Part shown: one piece after another, positions 25,429 to 32,437 of the stretch
Position numbering within the stretch: the stretch's first letter is position 1
Layout of the letters: each line of letters starts with the position of its first letter
From: Vulcanimicrobiota bacterium
GTDB taxonomy: Bacteria > Vulcanimicrobiota > Vulcanimicrobiia > Vulcanimicrobiales > Vulcanimicrobiaceae
NCBI GenBank assembly: GCA_003133025.1
Contig: PKZK01000254.1
Location: 1 to 32,437, forward strand
Length of the DNA stretch: 32,437 bases
Direction: 5' to 3'
The notes under the pieces: model-generated
Databases searched by the model: none
Seen by the model: the letters and a program-made list of their open reading frames with translations, nothing else
Told to the model about the DNA's origin: nothing
Position numbers and translations under genes: made by a program

Positions 25429-27822
25429 TTGGCGTTGACCCGAGGAAACCGGCCAGCCGTTTTGGTCGCCGGATCGGTCCTTTTGGCCGCGCTCATCGCG
25501 GTCGCCGACTGGTTGTTGCCCTCTATTCAACTCGCCTATCTGGAAATCGTACCGGTGCTCGTGATCGGTGCCGTGCTGGGGCTGCGCGCCGGCATTGTGG
25601 CCACAATCGCCATAAGTGTGCCGCTGACGTACCTCGAGTACGCGGGCGGATTTCGGCCCCGCGAGTCGAGCATTGCGGCCAATATCGCGATCATGATCGC
25701 CGTCTTCGTTTTCGTTTCGCTGCTCTTCGAGCGCTGGCGGAGCGCCGAGAGCGAGCGCGTTCGGCAACAGGCCGCGGCGGATCGTGAGCGGCTCGTCGAG
25801 CGCTTGGTTGAAGCCAGCGCCGATAGCGTTAACGTGCTCGACGCCGCCGGCCGCATTGTGTTCGTCAACGCACACGGCCAACGGGCTCTCGGCATCAGAG
25901 ATTTCGCGTCGATTGCCGGTACCGACTGGCTGGATTTGTGGGCGGCAGAGTATCGAAGCGATGCGAGCGCAGCGTTCTCCGTCGCCCGTTCCGGCGGCAG
26001 TGGCCGGTTCGTTGCCGCGCGCGCCAGCGGAGGGCGCGACACGTGGTGGGACGTTTCTGTAACGCCGATCGCCGAGGGTGACACAGGTGTTCGCCACTAT
26101 CTTGCGGTCGCGCGAGACGTCACGGAAACCGTTATGATCCAGCGCGCCCTCGCTCGCTCGGAAGAACGCTACCGGCTGGTGGGCGCGTCGTTGCCGGGTA
26201 CCACGTGGACCGCAACGCCCGATGGCCTTCTCGACCACATTAGTGAGGGTGCCAACCCCATGGACCTTCCGGTCGAGTCTCTGCTCGGCCCCGCGTGGCT
26301 CGACATCGTGCATCCCGACGATCGTGACCGCGCGCTCTCCGTTTGGCGCACGGCGCTCGAGGCGGGTGCGCCTTACGACGTCCAGTTTCGCATCCGCATG
26401 GCCGGTGGCGTCTACCGTTGGCACCTCGTGCGGGCTCTTCCGCAGCGTGACGAAATGGGAGCGATCGTCCGCTGGGTTGGCGTCAACGTCGATATCGACG
26501 AGCAGCACCGGGCGGACGAACGGCGCGCGAAAATCGAGAACGGGTTGCGCGCGCTCGCCGAGGCCGGCGCGGAGATGTACGGCTCGCTCGACTTCGAGGA
26601 GACGCTGCGGAACATCGCCGAAGCGGTTGCGAAGTCGTTCTCCACCGCGTGCACGATCGATTTGCTCGGCGACGGCGGCGAATATCGGCGCGTGGCCGTG
26701 GCTCACCCGCGCGTCGATATGCGTTCGCTGTTCGAGCGGTACACGGATGCGAGCCGCTTCACCGAGCAACATCCGATCGTTCGAGCGATCCGGTTTGGAC
26801 GTTCGACCTGCGTCACCGACGTGCTCGACGGCTGGTCGACGACACAATCGGAGTCCCTCGTCGCCGTTGTCGAGATGCTCCGCTTGAGATCGATCCTGTG
26901 CGTTCCCGTTCGGGCGCCCGATGGATCGGTGATCGGCGCGCTCACCTGCAGCCTCGATCGTGACGATCCACGGCCGGCATACGTCCCCGAGGATATTCCG
27001 TTCGCCGAGGAACTCGGACGACGCGCCGGCATCGCGGTCCAGCACGCACGCGCGTACGAGCGGGAGCGAACGATCGCGATGCGCTTTCAGGAAGCGTCGC
27101 TTCCCTCCACTCTGCCGGCGGTCGGCGGCCTGCGCTTGTCGGCGGACTATCGGCCCGGGAACACGGAGGCGACGGTCGGCGGCGACTGGTATGATGCCTT
27201 CGAACTCGATGATGGCCTCGTCGCGATCACGATCGGTGACGTCGTCGGGAAAGGTCTCGGAGCCGCCGTCACGATGGCCACGCTACGCCAGGCGATGCGC
27301 GGCGCCGCGTCGCTCTTGCCCAAGCCGAGCGCGATGCTCGATGTCGCCGAGCGCACGATCCGCAACATGCCGGCCCAAACCTACGCAACGGCGCTGGTTG
27401 CGATATTCGATCCCCGGCTCCGTGAAATGATCTTTGCGACGGCGGGCCATCCCCTACCGGTCGTTTGCTTCGCCGATGGCGCCGTGCGCGAGCTGGTCGG
27501 TGCCGGTCCGATGCTCGGGCTCGGCGAGAGACACGTCGAGGAAACGACGGCCACCGTCCCGGCCGGTTCTGCGCTTGCATTCTTCACCGATGGTCTGACC
27601 GAATCGACGCGGAACCTCGACGAAGGCTACCGGCGCCTTCGCGCCGCGCTCACCGATCCTCGGGTGCGAGCGGCGGAAAACCCCGCGCGAGCGATCGTCG
27701 AGCACGTACTCGAACGCGGACAGGCGCGTGACGACATTGCCGTTCTCGTGATGCAAACCGCGGTTGCGAAAGGCGACGCTGAAAAAAGCGCCCGTGAGGG
27801 CGCTTTCTCCTTGGCGCGTTGA
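25429..27822 (+). CDS. Membrane-PAS-PAS-GAF-SpoIIE/PP2C sensor phosphatase
   Basis: About four N-terminal TM helices; PAS VLDAAGRIVFVN...VARDVTE; PAS IVHPDDRD...YRWHL...WVGVNVDID; GAF SLDFEETLRNIA...EELGRRAGIAV; PP2C VGGDWYD, IGDVVGKG, TAGHP, FTDGLTE, RDDIAVL. Confidence 0.9.
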   Translation: MALTRGNRPAVLVAGSVLLAALIAVADWLLPSIQLAYLEIVPVLVIGAVLGLRAGIVATIAISVPLTYLEYAGGFRPRESSIAANIAIMIAVFVFVSLLFERWRSAESERVRQQAAADRERLVERLVEASADSVNVLDAAGRIVFVNAHGQRALGIRDFASIAGTDWLDLWAAEYRSDASAAFSVARSGGSGRFVAARASGGRDTWWDVSVTPIAEGDTGVRHYLAVARDVTETVMIQRALARSEERYRLVGASLPGTTWTATPDGLLDHISEGANPMDLPVESLLGPAWLDIVHPDDRDRALSVWRTALEAGAPYDVQFRIRMAGGVYRWHLVRALPQRDEMGAIVRWVGVNVDIDEQHRADERRAKIENGLRALAEAGAEMYGSLDFEETLRNIAEAVAKSFSTACTIDLLGDGGEYRRVAVAHPRVDMRSLFERYTDASRFTEQHPIVRAIRFGRSTCVTDVLDGWSTTQSESLVAVVEMLRLRSILCVPVRAPDGSVIGALTCSLDRDDPRPAYVPEDIPFAEELGRRAGIAVQHARAYERERTIAMRFQEASLPSTLPAVGGLRLSADYRPGNTEATVGGDWYDAFELDDGLVAITIGDVVGKGLGAAVTMATLRQAMRGAASLLPKPSAMLDVAERTIRNMPAQTYATALVAIFDPRLREMIFATAGHPLPVVCFADGAVRELVGAGPMLGLGERHVEETTATVPAGSALAFFTDGLTESTRNLDEGYRRLRAALTDPRVRAAENPARAIVEHVLERGQARDDIAVLVMQTAVAKGDAEKSAREGAFSLAR
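27782..27806 (-). terminator. Intrinsic terminator of the minus-strand repeat lipoprotein gene (possibly bidirectional)
   Basis: AAAGCGCCC-GTGA-GGGCGCTTT inverted repeat. On the minus strand the GC stem is followed by TTTTTT. Confidence 0.7.
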
Positions 27823-27831
27823 TGCGGGCGG

Positions 27832-29076
27832 TTACAAGGTTACGTTGAAGATCCCGCCCTGCTCGTTTGCGCCTCCGCTGTACAGCGTACCCCAGAGCGC
27901 GCCTTCGAAATACACGAGCGGCGCGAGGGACGAGCCTCCACCGGTCGATGCCGGAAAATTGCAGAGTTCGGTTTCCGTACCCGCCGGCGTGACCGAGAAG
28001 ATCGCGCCCGAGCCGTCCGGGTTCGTGTTTGAGTATGCCGTGCCGTAGAACGTGCCGTTCACGTTGATCAGGCTCGCCGGCAGTTCTGCATCGTTCTGAG
28101 CCGCGAAGCTATAGATGACGGTCTCAGACCCGCTCGGAGTGATCTTGAAAACCGAGCCGGTGTTATTCGCTCCGCCTTGGTATGTGGTTCCGTACAGGTC
28201 GCCCTTATATTCGAGCAGGCCTCCAGTGGGCTGCCGGCCGTCGGGTTGTCCGGTGAAGCTGTGCAGCACCGTTTCCGTGCCGCCCGGCGTCACCTTGAAG
28301 ACCGTTCCAACGTTTGCGGTCCCGCCGCCGGCCGTCGTGCCGTAGAAGGCGCCCTTGTAGTAGATCACCCCCGCGAGGGGGTGCGCGCCGTCGGGCTGCT
28401 GCTGGAAGTTGTAGACCGTCTTTTCGATGCCCGACTTCGTGACCGAGAAGACCGTACCGGCTCCCCCCGAGCCGGCCTGTGACGTCGTGCCGTAAAGTAT
28501 TCCGCCGACTTTGATCAACGTCGACTGTGGGTTCTGGCCATCGGTAGAGCCGCCCGCAAAGCTGTAGACGATGTGCTCCTTCCCTTTGGTCGTAATGGCG
28601 AAGACGCTGCCGTCGTTGTGTTCGCCGCCGTTGTTCGTGGTGCCGTAGAGCGTACCGCCGACATCGAGGAGGGAGGATTGCGGACTAAAACCGTCGGGGT
28701 CGCCCGTGAAGTCGTGCAGGAGCGACTCCGTTCCCGACGTGGTGTACGCGAAGACCGTGCCCGCGCTTGCGCTTCCACCCCCCGCCGTGCTTCCGTACAA
28801 CGTGTTTTTCACGGCGGTCAGACCGCCCCACGGTGAGGCACCGTCGGGCGTGCCTTTGAAACTGTACAGCACGTTGCAGCTGGCGCCGTCACGCTTTACG
28901 TTCCGCTGCAGCGACGCTTGCGTCCGCTGACCGGCACCGAGCGTCGCGTTGCCGGCGGCGGTTGCCACCGGCACGTTGCCGCCGCCGCCGCCGCAGCCGG
29001 CCACGGCGGCCGTAGCGCACAAAGCCAAGAATTTGCCGCTTCCTTCGCGGAAGCGAAGGCGTCGAGTTGCGAGCAT
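27832..29076 (-). CDS. Beta-propeller tandem-repeat lipoprotein (choice-of-anchor GloVer-like repeats)
   Basis: GGGAGG RBS and lipobox AVAGC. Seven repeats of LYSF.G.PDG..P...L....G.LYGTT..GG....G.VF..T..G.E. Confidence 0.88.
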   Translation of the reverse strand: MLATRRLRFREGSGKFLALCATAAVAGCGGGGGNVPVATAAGNATLGAGQRTQASLQRNVKRDGASCNVLYSFKGTPDGASPWGGLTAVKNTLYGSTAGGGSASAGTVFAYTTSGTESLLHDFTGDPDGFSPQSSLLDVGGTLYGTTNNGGEHNDGSVFAITTKGKEHIVYSFAGGSTDGQNPQSTLIKVGGILYGTTSQAGSGGAGTVFSVTKSGIEKTVYNFQQQPDGAHPLAGVIYYKGAFYGTTAGGGTANVGTVFKVTPGGTETVLHSFTGQPDGRQPTGGLLEYKGDLYGTTYQGGANNTGSVFKITPSGSETVIYSFAAQNDAELPASLINVNGTFYGTAYSNTNPDGSGAIFSVTPAGTETELCNFPASTGGGSSLAPLVYFEGALWGTLYSGGANEQGGIFNVTL

Positions 29077-29232
29077 GGTGTAATCCTCCCGAGATGTAGG
29101 CGGCGCTCGCGGCCACGCTCGAGATCAAGCGAACCCCGACGCCTCATCCCGAGGATGGGGCATCCCGGGCCCCACTTCTATGGGGGAAAGTACTACTTTT
29201 TGCTAGGTTGGGCTCTCGCCACGTCGTCGGAA

Positions 29233-29607
29233 CTAAGGTTCGCGCTTGCGAAAGGAATAGACGATGACCCGGTGGCCGTCAAGGTCGTTACCTTCGAGCA
29301 CGTCGCCCCAGCCCATGCTCTTTGAGCGAAATCCCGATACGCCGTATTGCGCGAACCGTGCTTCGAGAGCGCCGAGGTCCTCCGTCTCGAAGCCGAGTTC
29401 CATCGTTCGGGAAGGCTCGGAAGCCGAAGCTTCTTCGGGCGTCGAGAGCGTCACCCCGCAGCCTTCCGACTCGAGATAAACGAAACCTGGGGCGTGCGAC
29501 CGTTCGAGATTTTCCGACAGGCCGAGCGCGTCCAGGTAAAAACGCTTTGAACGCTGCGGGTCGGCGACTTCCAGGTTGATCGTAGCGAGCTTGACCCTCT
29601 GCTGCAT
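29233..29607 (-). CDS. VOC family protein
   Basis: MQQRVKLATINLEVADPQRSKRFYLDALGL...MELGFETEDL...MGWG...DLDGHRVIVY. Starts 1 nt after the DUF2252 stop. Confidence 0.82.
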   Translation of the reverse strand: MQQRVKLATINLEVADPQRSKRFYLDALGLSENLERSHAPGFVYLESEGCGVTLSTPEEASASEPSRTMELGFETEDLGALEARFAQYGVSGFRSKSMGWGDVLEGNDLDGHRVIVYSFRKREP

Positions 29608-29608
29608 C

Positions 29609-30991
29609 TCAGACCTTTCGAGCGAGCTGTGTATCGTGCGTGCGCGTTTGGTCCCCCGAAGCGAGCCGCGGCGCGCTGAAATGCACGTAGTCGGCCTCAT
29701 TCTGGTCGGCATAGGCCTCGGCGAACTCCACCAGCGCGCGATCCATCGCCTTGCCGGCGCCGAGGTAGCCGGCGATCGCCGCCGCGTCGCCGGAGCGGGC
29801 GTGCGCCGCTGCGAGCGCGTAGGCGCAAAAGCGGCCGTATACGCGCAACTCGCCGGGGCCGACCCCGTCCAGATCGGCCGAAGCCTTCATGTCTTTGAAT
29901 TGACGCACGTAGAAATCGTGCTTGCCGGACGACGCCCAGCCCAAGAAGGCGTCGCTCGCAGCCTGCATCAGGCGCTGGCCGCGCACGACCCGCTCGCCGT
30001 GCGTGGCGTACGCGCTCGGCGCAACGTATCCCTCGAGCACGGACGGCAGCGCTTCCTTCACTTGCAACAGCAGCGGGTCGTGATCGTCGGCGACGAAGAG
30101 CGCGATGGCGCACCGCGTGCCGACGCTGCCTACGCCCACTACCTTCATCGCGTGATCGACTTGGCGATAACGCGAGAGCAAGTGTTGCATGTCCGGGCTG
30201 AGCGTCGTGCGGTAGTCGGTCAGGATCGCGTCGACGTCGAAGCCTTTCTCCTCGGTTGCTGACGAGTGAAACAGTTTCGGCGGATCCTCTATGAAGCGCC
30301 GTGCGAAGCCCGTGCCCGAGGTGAGTTTCTCGACGGTTGCGTGGATCGTCTCGGTCGCTACCTGCTCGCCGATCTTCCGTCGTCTCCGCTTGGCCGCGAT
30401 GGTTTTTGCTTCGTCGAGTATCTTGGTCGCGTCGAGCCGTGCATACCACACGTCCAAGGCGGGCAGGGTCGCGAGCGTGCGCATGTGCAGCCGGTAGGCC
30501 GCCGCGGTCGCGCTCGCGGCCGCCCGCGCTTCGTCCCCCGTGTGGCCGCCGTCGCGACCCGCGATCAAGATGCTCGTCACGAGGCGTTTCACGTCCCACT
30601 CCCACGGGCCCGGCAGCGTCTCGTCGAAATCGTTCACGTCGAAGAGCAAGTTGCGTTCGGGGCTGGCGAAGCCGCCGAAGTTCAGGCAGTGCGCGTCGCC
30701 ACAGGCCTGCACCGTCAGGCCCGTTTTCGGCGTGTTCGCGAGGTCGCAAGCCATCACGATCGAGGTCCCGCGAAAATACGTAAACGGCGTCTCGGCGATG
30801 CGTTCGTCGCGCAAGGGAATCAGAAAGGGCAACCGGCGCTTCGCCAGAGCATCGAGCATCTCGAGCGGATCCGGCCGTCCCGAGGCGGGTTCGTAGTGGC
30901 CGTGCGCTTCGCGCGGCACGTCCTTACGCAGGAGCTTTCCCGCTGCGGCGCGTTCGCGCGCCAGGGTGGTCGTAATTTGACTACGGGGCAT
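29609..30991 (-). CDS. DUF2252 family protein (kinase-like fold)
   Basis: GKLLRKDVPREAH...RPDPL...PFTYFRG...CGDAHCLNFGGFASPERNLLFDVNDFDETLPGPWEWDVKRL...KVVGVGSVGTRC...LQVKEA...GERVVRGQRLMQAASDAFLGW...FYVRQFKDMK...LAAAHARSGD...YADQNEADY. Confidence 0.92.
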   Translation of the reverse strand: MPRSQITTTLARERAAAGKLLRKDVPREAHGHYEPASGRPDPLEMLDALAKRRLPFLIPLRDERIAETPFTYFRGTSIVMACDLANTPKTGLTVQACGDAHCLNFGGFASPERNLLFDVNDFDETLPGPWEWDVKRLVTSILIAGRDGGHTGDEARAAASATAAAYRLHMRTLATLPALDVWYARLDATKILDEAKTIAAKRRRRKIGEQVATETIHATVEKLTSGTGFARRFIEDPPKLFHSSATEEKGFDVDAILTDYRTTLSPDMQHLLSRYRQVDHAMKVVGVGSVGTRCAIALFVADDHDPLLLQVKEALPSVLEGYVAPSAYATHGERVVRGQRLMQAASDAFLGWASSGKHDFYVRQFKDMKASADLDGVGPGELRVYGRFCAYALAAAHARSGDAAAIAGYLGAGKAMDRALVEFAEAYADQNEADYVHFSAPRLASGDQTRTHDTQLARKV

Positions 30992-31201
30992 CCATCACGA
31001 GCTTCTCGGAGCGTCCGCGAATACCGCCCCGGCGAAGAGTCGACGGTTCCGGCGTCATCGTGTCAGCGCTCGTCCTGCGTTGTGCGCCGACCCCAACGCC
31101 TTTTGTCGAGGCATTTACCGATGCACGCGCCGGAAGGTGAGCGCCAGCGGCCAATTCCCGCGTACGACGAACAGGCCCACACGGCGGCGATCGATCGTTC
31201 G

Positions 31202-32437
31202 CTACACCCGTAGACCGCTCGGCCGCTGCGTCAGAGGTATGCGCGCTTTCTGCATCGCGGGCTGCATCCTATTGCGTGCCCGCCGAGGCACGTCGAAGGG
31301 CAAGACCACGCGAGCGTGGCTACCGCCGTCCTTACGCGGAACGACGCTGAACTCGCGCGCCAGCGCCGCCACGATAAAGAGGCCCCGCCCCGATTCGCTC
31401 ATCAGGTTGCGCGGCAATCGCGTCGAAAAGTGAAAGCCCGGACCGCGATCGAGAACGTGGAGCACCGGAGCCCCTTCGTGCACGTCGATCGCCACGTCCA
31501 CGCTGCCGCCCACGTGGCGCACGACGTTCCCGACCAGCTCGCTCACCAGAAGCTCCGCAACCGCGACGTTGCTCTCCGGCACGCCGCGCGCGCTCAACGC
31601 TTCGGCGACGCCGCGGCGCATGTTCCCGGCCGCCGGCATGTCGCTCGCATCGAACGTCCACCGCGACTTCACAGGCGAATCGCTATCCTCACACGAGCGC
31701 AGCGGCAGGTCGTCGAACTGCACGACCAAGAGCGCGACGTCGTCGTGGACCTGGCTGAGGCTCGTGGTGGCGATCGCTTGTGCCGGGTCGTCGCAGTCGA
31801 GAACCTGGGGATCGGCCATCATCCGGCGCAAGCGGGCTTCGCCGTCGAAGATGTTCCGGGAAGCCTCGGTGAGGCCGTCGGTGTACAGCACGAGCATCGA
31901 ACCCGGCTCGATCGTCAGCGCGTGCGAGGCGTGATCGCTATGGTCGACGCGCAGGCCCAACATCAGGTCCGACGCGGTCAGCTCCACCACCGCACCGTCG
32001 GGATTGCGCAGGAGCGGCGGGGGATGGCCGGCCGATGCGTAGGTCAGCGTTCCGGTCACGGGTTCGAAGATGCCGATGAATGCGGAGACGATCGCTTCGG
32101 GATGTTCCGAGCGCAACGCGCGGTCGGCAGCGTCGAGCACGGCGCAGGGGTCGGGATAAATTTGCGACGCACCGCGTATCGACTGTCGCACTGCGCTCAT
32201 CGTGACCGCCGCGCTGAGTCCGCTGCCGGTCACGTCGCCGATGGAGAGCACCACGCGCCCGTCGGTAAGCCGGAAAGCGTCGTACCAGTCGCCGCCGACG
32301 TTTGCTTCCGAGTTTCCGGCTTGATACAACGCGCTGAAGCGCAGTCCCGGAATGTCCGGCAGCGCTTTGGGCAAGGCCGCGTCTTGAAACGCTTCGGAGG
32401 CGCGGCGTTCCCGATCGTAACGACGCTGGTCGGCGTC
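31202..32437 (-). CDS. SpoIIE/PP2C phosphatase + RsbW-like HATPase_c; partial (sensor N-terminus beyond the window end)
   Basis: Frame is open to the window edge (DADQRRYDRERRASEAFQDAALP...). PP2C motifs VGGDWYD, IGDVTGSG, SAGHP, YTDGLTE, HDDVALL. HATPase motifs ELVGNVVRH, VLDRGPGF, SESGRGLFIV. Confidence 0.92.
   Translation of the reverse strand, partial: DADQRRYDRERRASEAFQDAALPKALPDIPGLRFSALYQAGNSEANVGGDWYDAFRLTDGRVVLSIGDVTGSGLSAAVTMSAVRQSIRGASQIYPDPCAVLDAADRALRSEHPEAIVSAFIGIFEPVTGTLTYASAGHPPPLLRNPDGAVVELTASDLMLGLRVDHSDHASHALTIEPGSMLVLYTDGLTEASRNIFDGEARLRRMMADPQVLDCDDPAQAIATTSLSQVHDDVALLVVQFDDLPLRSCEDSDSPVKSRWTFDASDMPAAGNMRRGVAEALSARGVPESNVAVAELLVSELVGNVVRHVGGSVDVAIDVHEGAPVLHVLDRGPGFHFSTRLPRNLMSESGRGLFIVAALAREFSVVPRKDGGSHARVVLPFDVPRRARNRMQPAMQKARIPLTQRPSGLRV

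Noticed and set aside
27832..29076. Periodic DNA repeats (GTGCCGTAGA-like) that could look like a CRISPR or tandem array, also seen at 5.9-6.6 kb
   Set aside because: They are degenerate codon-level echoes of the LYGTT protein repeats. There are no identical repeats with unique spacers and no cas genes.
30992..31201. CGGTAT box (31026-31021, -) and a ~25-codon mini-ORF upstream of DUF2252
   Set aside because: No matching GTTT -35 element at the right spacing and no coding support, so it is left out of the motif set.

Overview
GC-rich bacterial DNA with about 26 protein-coding genes and no rRNA, tRNA, CRISPR or mobile element that I can see. Several lipobox-bearing beta-propeller repeat proteins and multiple SpoIIE phosphatases suggest Ca. 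Eremiobacterota/Vulcanimicrobiota; this is an inference. The left third (1-10 kb) holds a prolyl oligopeptidase, VOC, SDR, DoxX, DUF1348 and UBP zinc-finger genes, a repeat lipoprotein and an HTH-STAND ATPase-TPR regulator. From about 10 kb to the end the window reads as a general-stress, SigB/SigF-type partner-switching island. It has a Crp regulator, a STAS anti-anti-sigma factor, three PP2C/SpoIIE sensor phosphatases, katE, a TPP oxidase, DUF2252, a TopIB remnant, a YqcI/YcgG + DUF1989 pair and an unknown (alpha/alpha)6 protein + GH130 pair. Several of these genes share a GTTT-N15/16-CGGTA promoter-like motif. The most striking element is a plant ETR1-type ethylene-binding domain, with all seven key residues intact, fused directly to a PP2C phosphatase and an anti-sigma-type HATPase (18375-19910). 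It sits divergent from two genes of guanidino-chemistry families, suggesting a gas/copper-sensing input into a general stress regulon. All calls come from reading motifs by eye; no database searches were run.
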